From Escherichia phage JLBYU43: 64,000 nt of DNA. The stretch lies in sequence record NC_105512.1; one strand, 5' to 3'. The position numbers and the translations under genes were made by a program. Positions 1 to 9,457 of the stretch are shown one piece after another (position 1 is the stretch's first letter; each line of letters starts with the position of its first letter). A model generated the notes under the pieces. The model searched no databases and was not told the DNA's origin. It saw nothing but the letters and a program-made list of their open reading frames with translations.

Positions 1-97
1 CAATTCAGGTTTAGTAAAGTAGTCATTGATTTTCCTCTTTCTCACTATTTCAGGAATATTATAGCAAATCTGGTAGCGATTAGCAAGTAAAATTTCA

Positions 98-132
98 AAG
101 AAAAAGGAGACCCGAAGATCTCCTTGTTTTTA
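98..132. terminator. bidirectional Rho-independent terminator downstream of nrdA
   Basis: stem AAGGAGA(104-110)/TCTCCTT(119-125), loop cccgaaga; T-runs on both strands. Confidence 0.6.
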
Positions 133-2463
133 TTAAATAGTACAACCACCGGATGCACAACCGGCTGCTTCTTCTCCAGCACCTCCACCATTTGCGGTAT
201 TGAAGTTTGCATAGTAGAAAGTTTTCCACCCATACTTAACAGCAGTCATGAAATCACGAACTACTACTGGGCCAGGAATGATTTCATTCTCAAACTTGGT
301 GTAGTCATAGTACATATTCGTACTGATAGACTGACTGAAGAATTTCTGCATAGTTGCTACCCATTTGATCCACTCGATACGATCTACATCATAAGCCAGT
401 TTATAGCTCATTAACGTTTCCCAATCAGTTGCACCTGGAGCAATTGCAATTACTTTATTAACTGCACTACCCTTGATAGATACAATCTTACGAGGTGGTT
501 CGATAGAGTTAGTAACACCTAACAGAACAGAAGAACTTTCTCCCGGCATCTGAGCAGTCAGAACAGAGTTACGCATACCATATTTCAGAATATCTGCACG
601 CAGAGACTCCCAATCCATTTCTAGACCTACAGATACCAGTTCATCAACAGTTTTCTTGTACGTGTCGATTACCAGAATTCCTTTAGACGGTTTAGTACGA
701 TCAAACCACTCACATGCACCCTGTTCTTTAGCTAGGCGTACAGAGGCTTTATGCAGGAAGTAAGACAGTTTTTCAGCCTCACGGTGGATCCAGTTACGGG
801 CTTCAATACCTTCATAAGCCAGACCTTCTGCTGCCATTGCACCTGCTGCGTTCATTAGGCCAATACCAACATTACGACGTTTCTTAGCCGTATATTCCAT
901 AGTTGGGAACGGATAATCCTGAATTTCAATAATTGTATCAACGAATTTCAGGAGGATGTAGCAAGTTTTTTCCCACTCAGCCAGAGATTCCATGCGTCCA
1001 AGTACAACACCACCTAAGTTACACAGAGATACTTCACCAATATCCTCCGGCTTCATTTGATCAAGCTGCTCTTTTGTCTTATACAGTTCTGTGATATGAT
1101 GGAACGGGCGTGTAGGCTGAGTAATTTCAACACAAAGGTTTGTCATACGGATCGGATCAAGGAAGTTACCATGACGATTAGATTCCCCGATGTGATGAGC
1201 ATACATACGTCCTGTTTCCATTCGGATACGTAGCCAAGTATCTAGGATTTCTTTTGCGGAAACTTTAGGAGCTGCTGGAACTGTTTTTCCTTCATGATCG
1301 ATCTTTGTAAGAGATGCCACACGTTTCTCCGCTGCCACGTAGATTTCTTCAAATTTAGCCTCGTCATCACTATAAAACGCTTCATGAACTTCTGGAGCAT
1401 AGAAGTATGACATTAGCGTAATATCTTCGTTTTTAAGATAACGTTTTAACAAAAGATTGTTAAAGCTCAGAGAATAATCCATCTTATCGATTTTATTCTC
1501 ATCTGTAGCACGTTGTTGCTTAACCTGCATCAATTGAATGATTTCAGGGTCGAAGTATGGATAAGACACTGTGGCAGAACCACCACGAGTTTGCTGAGTA
1601 TTGGCCTTTACTGAGCGGTCAATGTGTCGATAATATGGCAGTTTTCCGGAATGCGGGAATGCCCCATTTCGCACCGGATCAGCAATTGATCGGCTTTCAA
1701 GATGATACCCGATTCCCGCTCTGGCTGCGACCATTTTGAAGACGATGTGCTCGGCGGTGTCGATTGAATCCAACGTGTCAGTGGAATCCACGAGGCAGCA
1801 ACTAGCAAATCCACGGTCACTAGAGCGCAGACCAACCAGTGGCGGCGTAGGAACGTTGATTTTGTGGAGTGACATTGCGTTGTAGAGGTCGATTGCATCT
1901 AGAATTGTCCAGTTAGGTTGAGATAGCATCGCCATTGCCATACCCATGTAGGCAAACTGCGGAGTTTCGTAAATTTCACCAGTGGCTATGTTGCGACGGG
2001 AATACTTATCAAAGAACTGCTTCAGTCCACCACTAGTAAAAAGACGATCACGATCATGGTCGATAACCTGATTCAGAGCTTCAAATTGCTCATCGGTAAT
2101 CCATGCACTCATGTCTTCCCATGCACCTACGCTAACCATATGGTCATGGAAGAAGCGTAGAGAAGGTGGTTCGAAAGAGTCATAGAGGCGCTTACGCATT
2201 TGCGCAAGACGTAATTCCTTTGCTGGCACATCGTATGCTGGGTTATCTTTAATAAGACTTTCAGCAGCTTTAATTAATGCATCCATCAGAGTGTCGGAAT
2301 CTACAACCCCTTTAGGCAGAGTTTTTTGAGCAGCCATAGTAATGGCTGACCAACTTACATCAACTGTTTTGCAACCATACTCTGCCCAACCATTGATTTT
2401 TTCAGGAGCAAAGTCTTCTACAGTACCGTCACGTTTAATTACTTTTTCAATGCGATGGCTCAT
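133..2463 (-). CDS. nrdA: ribonucleotide reductase class Ia large subunit (NrdA), 776 aa
   Basis: ATP-cone N-terminus MSHRIEKVIKRDGT, catalytic core, Cys-rich C-terminal tail; start moved to ATG 2463 (RBS AAAGGAAAG) from track start 2568. Confidence 0.9.
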   Translation of the reverse strand: MSHRIEKVIKRDGTVEDFAPEKINGWAEYGCKTVDVSWSAITMAAQKTLPKGVVDSDTLMDALIKAAESLIKDNPAYDVPAKELRLAQMRKRLYDSFEPPSLRFFHDHMVSVGAWEDMSAWITDEQFEALNQVIDHDRDRLFTSGGLKQFFDKYSRRNIATGEIYETPQFAYMGMAMAMLSQPNWTILDAIDLYNAMSLHKINVPTPPLVGLRSSDRGFASCCLVDSTDTLDSIDTAEHIVFKMVAARAGIGYHLESRSIADPVRNGAFPHSGKLPYYRHIDRSVKANTQQTRGGSATVSYPYFDPEIIQLMQVKQQRATDENKIDKMDYSLSFNNLLLKRYLKNEDITLMSYFYAPEVHEAFYSDDEAKFEEIYVAAEKRVASLTKIDHEGKTVPAAPKVSAKEILDTWLRIRMETGRMYAHHIGESNRHGNFLDPIRMTNLCVEITQPTRPFHHITELYKTKEQLDQMKPEDIGEVSLCNLGGVVLGRMESLAEWEKTCYILLKFVDTIIEIQDYPFPTMEYTAKKRRNVGIGLMNAAGAMAAEGLAYEGIEARNWIHREAEKLSYFLHKASVRLAKEQGACEWFDRTKPSKGILVIDTYKKTVDELVSVGLEMDWESLRADILKYGMRNSVLTAQMPGESSSVLLGVTNSIEPPRKIVSIKGSAVNKVIAIAPGATDWETLMSYKLAYDVDRIEWIKWVATMQKFFSQSISTNMYYDYTKFENEIIPGPVVVRDFMTAVKYGWKTFYYANFNTANGGGAGEEAAGCASGGCTI

Positions 2464-2501
2464 TTGGCTTTCCTTTTTATAGTTATCAGGATTTAAGGAA
2501 T

Positions 2502-2530
2502 ATTCTACTTTATTATCGGTCATTAGGCAA
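2502..2530 (-). promoter_or_regulatory. candidate sigma70-type promoter for nrdA
   Basis: minus-strand TTGCCT-17-TAGAAT. Confidence 0.35.
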
Positions 2531-2605
2531 ATAAAATTTTCTGATAGAAAAGGCCCGAGTATTTTCATACCCAGGCCCTGTGTATTACCAGTCTAGCTTT
2601 TTAGC

Positions 2606-2827
2606 TTATTCAATTACTTTAGCTCTAGCTACTTCTTTTAATAGAATATCTATGGAGGTGCTCAGCTCGTTATAATTGAATGGTTTATTTGGATTTGAGG
2701 TTACAATTTTCCACGCTAGGGTTGTCTTAGGACTTTCTTCCCCTTCCTTACGTGTAATAATATTAGCAGCACTCAGTGAAGTACGATGTATTTTAGTTTT
2801 ACGGCTCAGATGAACGACGTTTCCCAT
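2606..2827 (-). CDS. hypothetical small protein (74 aa)
   Basis: ORF between phoH and nrdA; ATG 2827 with RBS GGAAGG, start abuts phoH stop. Confidence 0.4.
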   Translation of the reverse strand: MGNVVHLSRKTKIHRTSLSAANIITRKEGEESPKTTLAWKIVTSNPNKPFNYNELSTSIDILLKEVARAKVIE

Positions 2828-2828
2828 A

Positions 2829-3581
2829 TTACACCTTCCCCATGTCTTTAAAAATACCATAGAATGCTTTAGACTCAACAGAACGAACGTTATCAATCAA
2901 TTCGATCATTGAGAATGGGGCATTTTCATATTTCTCATAGACTTCCATAAGGAGTGCTAGACCTGAGTCACCTTTAATGTCTTTCTGAGCTATATCTCCG
3001 CAGATAATTAAACGGCAGTCTTGTCCTACACGAGTTAGGAGACAAATCATTGCCTCAACGGAAATATTCTGAGCTTCATCGACAATTACATAGGAGTTGT
3101 TGAAAGTTCTGCCACGAGCATGTTCGATAGCCAAAAATTTAATTTTCTGACGTTCGACATATCCCTTATATGCATGATCTCCGATGGCCCATTTCATACC
3201 ATCAGCTATTGGCTCCAACCAAGGCTCTAGCTTTTCCGCTAGATCACCAGGAAGCATACCAAGAGACTTACCTAGAGGTTCATTAGGACGTACGAGGATC
3301 ACTTGCTCAATATCTGAGTGAATGTCTACGAGTTCCTGAGCTGCAAGAACGGACGGAATAAAGGTTTTACCAGTACCTGGCTCACCGATACCCACAGTCA
3401 CTGTGTTGTTCTTGATCATATTGATATATGATTTTTGCTCGCGGTTTTTACCTACTAGGGATTTAGCAACTGGGTTAGCGTAATCATTAGAAAAATCAGC
3501 CTGAATTACGTTATTCTCATATTTGTTGCCACGCTTTCTTGAACCATTGCGGTTCTCTCTTTTTTGACGTGCTTTTCCCAT
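2829..3581 (-). CDS. phoH: PhoH-like ATPase
   Basis: Walker A GEPGTGKT, Walker B VIVDEAQN; ATG 3581 with RBS GGAG. Confidence 0.85.
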   Translation of the reverse strand: MGKARQKRENRNGSRKRGNKYENNVIQADFSNDYANPVAKSLVGKNREQKSYINMIKNNTVTVGIGEPGTGKTFIPSVLAAQELVDIHSDIEQVILVRPNEPLGKSLGMLPGDLAEKLEPWLEPIADGMKWAIGDHAYKGYVERQKIKFLAIEHARGRTFNNSYVIVDEAQNISVEAMICLLTRVGQDCRLIICGDIAQKDIKGDSGLALLMEVYEKYENAPFSMIELIDNVRSVESKAFYGIFKDMGKV

Positions 3582-3657
3582 AAATAACACTCCTATAGTG
3601 TACTTCGCTTCTAACAGAGGATCAACAAAAAGATCTTGTTTATCAACTTACAAATAT

Positions 3658-3686
3658 ATTATACCAATATATGTGGGAGAAAGCAA
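3658..3686 (-). promoter_or_regulatory. early promoter for phoH
   Basis: minus-strand TTGCTT-17-TATAAT. Confidence 0.5.
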
Positions 3687-3730
3687 CTACAATTTTAAAT
3701 AAGCATATGATATTGCATTTAAATAAAAAA

Positions 3731-3759
3731 TTTGCTTGCTTATAGAGGCAGAAATATGA
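3731..3759 (+). promoter_or_regulatory. early promoter
   Basis: TTGCTT-17-TATGAT, AT-rich upstream. Confidence 0.45.
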
Positions 3760-3823
3760 TACTAGATAATCATTTATTTATACGCAAAATATTACAGTAT
3801 TAGATGACGAAAGAAAATTTTAA

Positions 3824-3852
3824 TTGACATAGTGGATAATGTTTAGTATAAT
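3824..3852 (+). promoter_or_regulatory. consensus sigma70 promoter
   Basis: TTGACA-17-TATAAT. Confidence 0.6.
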
Positions 3853-3880
3853 AGGTGTAAAAATTCTGTGGAGAAGGGGA

Positions 3881-4744
3881 ATGCCGAAAAAATTAACTCA
3901 AGAAGAAGTAGATAAATGCCTAGCCGAACGTGGTTTTACTATGGTGGATAAGCCTTACCAAAATTCTAGGTATAGGCATACGTATCAGTGTGAATATGGT
4001 CATCAATGGACATCTAAATTTGATGCTATTAGGAATGGAAAGACCAATTGTCCTACTTGTTCTATTAATAGCCGTAAACTAGATATCGATAAAATTAATA
4101 CTGTATTACAGGGTAGGGGTATTACATTGTTGGAGGGCTATAAAAATAGTGCCGATATAAATACTAAATTTAGGTGTGTTTGTGGTCATGAGTGGGCTAC
4201 TACACTTAATAGTATAATTAATAGAGGTAGTGGCTGCCCCTCTTGTGCTATTAATAAACAAAAACTTAGTATTAATACTATAAACGATCGTCTTACTGCT
4301 AGGAATATTAGAATAGTAGGTGAATATAGTAATGCGAATATTAAGACCACCTTTCTCTGTGGTGCAGGGCATCAGTGGGAAGCTACTCCAGGATCCGTGT
4401 TAGGAGGAAATGGTTGTCCTTACTGTAAGTATAGGGATTTAGAAAATACTAAGGTATATATTATGCATAGCCCTTCACATGGTGTTAAAATAGGAAGGTC
4501 TAACAATCCAGAGCGCAGACTTTTACATATTAAATCTAGTAGTCACCTTACTGATCTGGAAGTAATTAAAGTATTTGAAATTGGAGAATATAGTGATGCT
4601 GTTCAAATCGAAAAATTAGCTCATAATTACTTTAAAGAACAGAATTGCCAATACAAAGATTTTGATGGTGCTACGGAATTCTTCAATATTGAGCCAGAAG
4701 TAGCTATAAAATTTATCGAGGAAATAATCAATGACAGAAAATGA
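3881..4744 (+). CDS. homing endonuclease-like protein (zinc-finger repeats plus T5orf172/GIY-YIG-like C-terminal domain)
   Basis: three Y-x-C-x-x-GH-x-W...CPxC repeats; C-terminal GVKIGRSNNPERRL...EFF; RBS GGAGAAGGGGA before ATG 3881; paralogs at 52203 and 57019. Confidence 0.6.
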   Translation: MPKKLTQEEVDKCLAERGFTMVDKPYQNSRYRHTYQCEYGHQWTSKFDAIRNGKTNCPTCSINSRKLDIDKINTVLQGRGITLLEGYKNSADINTKFRCVCGHEWATTLNSIINRGSGCPSCAINKQKLSINTINDRLTARNIRIVGEYSNANIKTTFLCGAGHQWEATPGSVLGGNGCPYCKYRDLENTKVYIMHSPSHGVKIGRSNNPERRLLHIKSSSHLTDLEVIKVFEIGEYSDAVQIEKLAHNYFKEQNCQYKDFDGATEFFNIEPEVAIKFIEEIINDRK

Positions 4745-6557
4745 ACTAATTGAAAATTGCAAAGGTTTACTTACTCTAACTGCTGACAAAGACTTGCAGC
4801 ATAATAATGCTAATAAACCTAGCGAGATGTTTCATACACAGAGGGACTTACTAGCTGGAGAAATCAACAAGTATTTAGTAGCACAAGAATTACCTAAACA
4901 TTTATTAGACGCCCATAATCTAGGTAAAATACACATCCATGATATGGATTATAGAGCACAGGGGTACACTAACTGTTGTTTAGTAGACCTAGGTGGTATG
5001 TTGAAAAATGGTACTAAAATTGGTAATGCGAATATTGAAACTCCTAAATCTATAACTACTGCATGTGCGATTACTGCTCAGATTATTGCTCAGGTATCAG
5101 GCGCTCAGTATGGGGGTACTTCTATTGATCGTATTGATGAAGTTCTAGCTCCGTATGTTAGGAAGTCCTACAATAAACATCTGGGGCGTGGCCTACGTTG
5201 GCTTAAGGATGAGAGAAAAGCTGCTGTATATGCTACTGAACTTACTGAAAAAGAATGTTATGATGCATTCCAAGCTCTAGAGTATGAAACTAATTCATTA
5301 TTTAACTCTAATGGGCAGACTCCTTTTATTACGCTGGGCTTTGGATTAGGGCAGGAGTGGGAGGAAAGGATGATTCAGAAAGCCATCCTCCAAAATCGTA
5401 TTAAAGGTTTAGGTGCTGCTGAGTCAACTCCTATCTTCCCTAAACTAGTATTCTCAGTTAAAGAAGGGTTAAATAAAAATCCAGGTGATCCTAACTATGA
5501 TATAAAACAACTAGCACTTGAGTGTTCTGCTACTCGTATGTACCCAGACTATTTAAGTTACGAGAAAGTTGTAGCTGTTACTGGTGATTTTAAAGCCCCT
5601 ATGGGTTGTCGTAGTTTTTTATCTGCCATCCCCTCTGGAGAAATTGCAGGACGTAATAATTTAGGTGTTGTGTCTATCAATCTACCTATGGTTGCTGCTG
5701 AGGCAGATGGAGTTTTTGAAGATTTCTGGGATATTCTAGACAAATATGTGGATGAGGCTTTTGAAGCACATGACTTCTTCTTAAACAGACTGAAGAAAGT
5801 TAAGGCTAAACAAGCCCCTATTCTTTATATGCACGGTGGTTTTGGTGTACGTTTAGAAGGAGAAGAATATGTATGGCCTATTTTTGAGGGTAGATCTTCT
5901 GTATCTCTTGGGTATATTGGGGTCTATGAGATGTGCCAAATAATGTTTAGTTTACCACAGACTCATAGGGACTGTATTGAATTTACAGAGGAAGTTCTCA
6001 CTCACCTAAAAAATCGTTGCGAAGTTAAAGCTACTGAAACTAATCTTGGGTTTAGCTTGTATGCTACTCCTAGTGAGTCTCTGTGTAATCGCTTTAATAA
6101 ACTACTGGAGCGTAGATTCCCAGAGTATTCTTGGTTAGCAGATAAAGGTTATCTTACTAATAGCCATCATTTGGACGTGAGGGAGAAGGTAGCTCCAGAT
6201 ACTAAATTTGAGTATGAGGCTCATTTTACTAAAATAGCTAATGGTGGTAATATATCATTTGTGGAACTACCTCAAATGAAAAAGTTCCACAAAGCTCTTG
6301 AGTATGTGGTGGATAAGGGGCTAGAATGTAGTCATTATATTGGTGTTAATATACCAATTGATGAGTGCTTCAATTGTGGGTATATGGGTGAATCTATTGC
6401 TTCTGAGCGTGGGTTTGTATGTCCAAGTTGTGGGTCTGAAGAAATAGAGGTTACACGTAGGGTTTGCGGGTACCTGGGATCCCCTGGCAGTAGGCCTTTC
6501 AATTCTGGGAAACAAAAAGAAGTTCTTGGTAGAGTAAAACACTTAAATTTCAAGTAA
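4731..6557 (+). CDS. nrdD: anaerobic ribonucleoside-triphosphate reductase (NrdD, class III)
   Basis: glycyl-radical motif RVCGYLG near C-terminus, Cys-rich zinc site CFNCGY...CPSCGS; RBS GAGGAA. Confidence 0.9.
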   Translation: MTENELIENCKGLLTLTADKDLQHNNANKPSEMFHTQRDLLAGEINKYLVAQELPKHLLDAHNLGKIHIHDMDYRAQGYTNCCLVDLGGMLKNGTKIGNANIETPKSITTACAITAQIIAQVSGAQYGGTSIDRIDEVLAPYVRKSYNKHLGRGLRWLKDERKAAVYATELTEKECYDAFQALEYETNSLFNSNGQTPFITLGFGLGQEWEERMIQKAILQNRIKGLGAAESTPIFPKLVFSVKEGLNKNPGDPNYDIKQLALECSATRMYPDYLSYEKVVAVTGDFKAPMGCRSFLSAIPSGEIAGRNNLGVVSINLPMVAAEADGVFEDFWDILDKYVDEAFEAHDFFLNRLKKVKAKQAPILYMHGGFGVRLEGEEYVWPIFEGRSSVSLGYIGVYEMCQIMFSLPQTHRDCIEFTEEVLTHLKNRCEVKATETNLGFSLYATPSESLCNRFNKLLERRFPEYSWLADKGYLTNSHHLDVREKVAPDTKFEYEAHFTKIANGGNISFVELPQMKKFHKALEYVVDKGLECSHYIGVNIPIDECFNCGYMGESIASERGFVCPSCGSEEIEVTRRVCGYLGSPGSRPFNSGKQKEVLGRVKHLNFK

Positions 6558-6564
6558 GCTAATC

Positions 6565-6600
6565 AGCCAGGTTGCTAGTCGACCTGGCTTTTATTTTATT
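6565..6600 (+). terminator. Rho-independent terminator after nrdD
   Basis: stem AGCCAGGT/ACCTGGCT then TTTTATTTTATTT. Confidence 0.7.
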
Positions 6601-6628
6601 TGCTTTCAGCTAAAAATTTATGTATAAT
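6600..6628 (+). promoter_or_regulatory. T5-type early promoter
   Basis: TTGCTT-17-TATAAT followed by AGATTTATAAATTTAAGAGGAGGG box. Confidence 0.7.
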
Positions 6629-6655
6629 AGATTTATAAATTTAAGAGGAGGGTAT

Positions 6656-7015
6656 ATGAAATTAAAACCATTTATTGTTGTATCTAAACTAGGGCATTAT
6701 CACGTAGGAGTAGATACAATTCAGGAAGCTATTTTTGCTGCTACAGGTGATTACTCATTACTAGAAGGTATTGGGTATCCTACACTACTAGGCGACTTCG
6801 TAGAGCAAGAACTAGATATTACTGTCTATAATCCTATATATGAAGAACCTGAATACTTAAAAGAGACTCTAGAATTTGTATATTGGAACCACTTACAAGT
6901 ATTTAATGTTACCTCTAATGGCACAGAGGATTTCTCTTCTGTTATTAAATGCCATATTAAACAAGTTTACTACGATTATTTCTACGAGGATATTGGAGCG
7001 GAGCTAAAAGTATGA
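6656..7015 (+). CDS. hypothetical early protein (119 aa)
   Basis: strong RBS GAGGAGGG; start moved from track 6620. Confidence 0.6.
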   Translation: MKLKPFIVVSKLGHYHVGVDTIQEAIFAATGDYSLLEGIGYPTLLGDFVEQELDITVYNPIYEEPEYLKETLEFVYWNHLQVFNVTSNGTEDFSSVIKCHIKQVYYDYFYEDIGAELKV

Positions 7016-7215
7016 AAAACGTAAAACATCTTAAATATCGCTTAATTTACAACGGACGTATGGAAACAGAAGATCTAGCACAGCTAGCGATCAATTCAGA
7101 TGAAGTTACAGTTCGTGCTTTGTCCATTGAGAAGCTGCGTGCTTCTTACGAAAATCGTATTATGGAATTAGAGGAGAAACTTTATGGCATTCTCGAGTCA
7201 GAAGCTACCAAGTGA
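7012..7215 (+). CDS. hypothetical protein (67 aa)
   Basis: ATGA overlap with upstream stop. Confidence 0.45.
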   Translation: MKNVKHLKYRLIYNGRMETEDLAQLAINSDEVTVRALSIEKLRASYENRIMELEEKLYGILESEATK

Positions 7216-7429
7216 AAATGTTAGTCTTATTGACCTGAGTAAACTCAATGTAGAGTTTCAGGGGGTTTTAATGAAGCACTGGGAAACTGGCTATAAGGAT
7301 GGTGTTGAATCCTGTGCTACTATGCTAGAATTTATTGCTAATACCTTAGTGGAGAAAGGCAATAAAGAATTAGCTGAGCTGTTAGACAGTATTGGGCAAA
7401 ACTTCAGAGAGCAGGTGAAAAATGCGTAG
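7184..7429 (+). CDS. hypothetical protein (81 aa)
   Basis: RBS GAGGAG before ATG 7184. Confidence 0.5.
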   Translation: MAFSSQKLPSENVSLIDLSKLNVEFQGVLMKHWETGYKDGVESCATMLEFIANTLVEKGNKELAELLDSIGQNFREQVKNA

Positions 7430-8198
7430 ACTAATCATTGTTAGTGGTGCTGGTTTAAGTGTTGATAGTGGTATCCGTGCATTCCGTACAGATACTGCTA
7501 GTGGTAAAGCAATGTGGGACGAGTACGATCTAGAAGAGGTGTGTGATATTCATGCTTTTCGTGGCCAGTTCTACTGGAAAACCCACGAGTTCTACAACAA
7601 GCGTCGTCAGGAGTTGCGGACTGTTGAACCTAACATTGCGCACCTTCGTATTGGGGAATGGTTCCAGCGGTATCCAGAAGCGGTACTAAACATTACTACT
7701 AACGTAGATGACTTGCTGGAAAGAGCTGGTGTGCCGAAAAGTGAGGTTCTCCACGTTCATGGCTATTTACCGGAAGTTCGTATTAAGGAATTGCCAGACC
7801 GAAAAGAGTACATCCTAGATGTGGGCTATACTGCTATTGATCCTGATGAATTTTATTGGGCAAAGCCTAACGTTGTATTCTTTGGTGAAGCAGCCCCCGA
7901 ATATGCTCTGATGCATGCCACTTTTGATAGTCTTACAGCTAACGATATGGTTATCGTGGTTGGGTGTAGTAACCAAGTTATCAACTTCAACTGGGAACTT
8001 TTTCCTGCACTAGCTCGTGGTACTAAGATGATGGTTGTTAACCCAACTATTAACTACTTGGAACAATCCCTGTACGAAGAGCGTGGTGTTACTGTATGGC
8101 GTGCTGGGGCTGCCGAAGTTTTCGGTAACAAACACTTTATTGGCCAGGTAGAAGCTTTTATGGAAGGAACTATTTATGCCCCAGAAAAGCATGTGTGA
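7422..8198 (+). CDS. SIR2-family (sirtuin-like) NAD-binding protein lacking a zinc ribbon
   Basis: GAGLSVDSGIRAFR (GAGIS-ESGIP-FR motif), TTNVDDL (TQNID-like), VLHVHG catalytic His, PNVVFFGE; no CxxC pairs; RBS AGGTGA. Confidence 0.75.
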   Translation: MRRLIIVSGAGLSVDSGIRAFRTDTASGKAMWDEYDLEEVCDIHAFRGQFYWKTHEFYNKRRQELRTVEPNIAHLRIGEWFQRYPEAVLNITTNVDDLLERAGVPKSEVLHVHGYLPEVRIKELPDRKEYILDVGYTAIDPDEFYWAKPNVVFFGEAAPEYALMHATFDSLTANDMVIVVGCSNQVINFNWELFPALARGTKMMVVNPTINYLEQSLYEERGVTVWRAGAAEVFGNKHFIGQVEAFMEGTIYAPEKHV

Positions 8199-8215
8199 TC
8201 TTTTAGTATGGCCGG

Positions 8216-8245
8216 ACGGTAGTTGGTGCTACCGTTTCGAATTTG
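8216..8245 (+). terminator. candidate terminator after SIR2 gene
   Basis: stem ACGGTAG/CTACCGT then TTCGAATTT. Confidence 0.4.
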
Positions 8246-8338
8246 CTACCGATGACTTCTCATGGAAAAGTGATGATTTCTGCGTTATCTAAGAGGATAC
8301 AGCAGAATGGAAAGAGTTCCTTATTAAGGAGGGAGAGT

Positions 8339-8524
8339 ATGGTGAAGAAGATTTTTAAGGGTATCTGGAAGGGTCTATTATGGTTTGTCAACCTAATCGG
8401 TATGATTACCATTTATTCTCTGTTCCTATCTGTTATGTGGGGTAAAGGTGAACTGAAGGTTCCAGTTCCTTTTACTGATGAAGTTAAAGTCTGGACGTGG
8501 GATGCTACTGGTGGAAATAAGTAA
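8339..8524 (+). CDS. small membrane protein (61 aa)
   Basis: RBS AAGGAGGGAGAG before ATG 8339; hydrophobic helix LLWFVNLIGMITIYSLFLSVMW. Confidence 0.45.
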   Translation: MVKKIFKGIWKGLLWFVNLIGMITIYSLFLSVMWGKGELKVPVPFTDEVKVWTWDATGGNK

Positions 8525-8714
8525 TACTCCTGTGATTTTCCTGGATATTGATGGGGTGCTCAATTCGAGCATCTCTCACCATCATGCTCGAGATAATGAA
8601 AAGCTGTTCTTTGGCAGTGATTGGGTTTATAAGCCATTACTCCAGGCTTTTCAGAACTTCCTCAAACCTTCTCCAATAATGATTGTTGGGGTATCTTCAT
8701 GGTTTTCTGTATGA
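8502..8714 (+). CDS. HAD-like phosphatase, N-terminal part (motif I), ends at in-frame TGA
   Basis: FLDIDGVL matches HAD/NT5C motif I; start uncertain (ATG 8478/8502 or GTG 8532). Confidence 0.4.
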   Translation: MLLVEISNTPVIFLDIDGVLNSSISHHHARDNEKLFFGSDWVYKPLLQAFQNFLKPSPIMIVGVSSWFSV

Positions 8715-8720
8715 AATGAA

Positions 8721-9017
8721 ATGGAGAACGTTCAGATTATGACCGGACTCGGTTTGATCGATCGTTTTCTTGGTACAACAGATTTTACTGGAGGTGGTTT
8801 ATCTAGGGGTAATTCTGTTTTACGTTTTGTCGAAAAATATAAGCTCAAACATTGGTGTGTGCTGGATGATGCCGGTGCTATGATGTATCAGTATCCAACG
8901 GTTATAGTCAATGGTAGAACTGGGATAAATCTTCAAGATTTAAGAGCTGTTAGCTATATGTTAGAATTTAGTCCAGATCTTGAAATGTGTAAAGCCCTAC
9001 AGCAATTTAAGGTGTAA
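8721..9017 (+). CDS. HAD-like phosphatase, C-terminal part (same frame as 8502-8714)
   Basis: CVLDDAG resembles HAD motif IV; in-frame continuation six nt after TGA 8712-8714. Confidence 0.4.
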   Translation: MENVQIMTGLGLIDRFLGTTDFTGGGLSRGNSVLRFVEKYKLKHWCVLDDAGAMMYQYPTVIVNGRTGINLQDLRAVSYMLEFSPDLEMCKALQQFKV

Positions 9018-9019
9018 AT

Positions 9020-9448
9020 ATGTTTAATAATGTATTCTCTAAAGAAGCTAACCCAATTTTGGTTAACTTTTGGCGTACTCTCCCAGCTAGCCTGTATAAT
9101 GAGGCTATTAACTCTTTGAAAATATGGTGTGAGAATAACGAAATCTCCTTTGCTTTTAAAGATGATATTGATGAGGCCCCTTGTATTGGTTTAATTGTTC
9201 AGGTAGAGGAGGGTCTTGAAGAGATTGTCGGCTGGAAAGAGTTAGATGAAATGGGCTTAGTTTTTGCATTAAATTATAAGCTGTTTATGCCTGCTAAGCA
9301 TCGCCTCGTTGTTAACTATAAAACTAGTGAGTCTCCTGGTTTTCAGGTTAATGAACGTGAGGGCTGGTCATATTCGCCCGAGGAAGTAAATGAAGGGATT
9401 CAGAAACTTCGTCGTTTCGGGTATATGATCCCAGGTTTAACTGCTTAA
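9020..9448 (+). CDS. hypothetical acidic protein, paralog A (142 aa)
   Basis: shares W-x-EL-x-MGL ... PGL pattern with 9458-9853. Confidence 0.55.
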   Translation: MFNNVFSKEANPILVNFWRTLPASLYNEAINSLKIWCENNEISFAFKDDIDEAPCIGLIVQVEEGLEEIVGWKELDEMGLVFALNYKLFMPAKHRLVVNYKTSESPGFQVNEREGWSYSPEEVNEGIQKLRRFGYMIPGLTA

Positions 9449-9457
9449 GGAGGCAGA

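Noticed and set aside
1557-1898. ORFs 1557-1739 (+) and 1608-1898 (-) inside nrdA
   Set aside because: Embedded in or antisense to a confidently identified conserved gene; no RBS; chance ORFs.
133-2568. N-terminal 35-codon extension of nrdA given by the ORF track
   Set aside because: ATG 2463 has a proper RBS and gives the canonical ATP-cone N-terminus; the extension has no RBS and no NrdA-like sequence.
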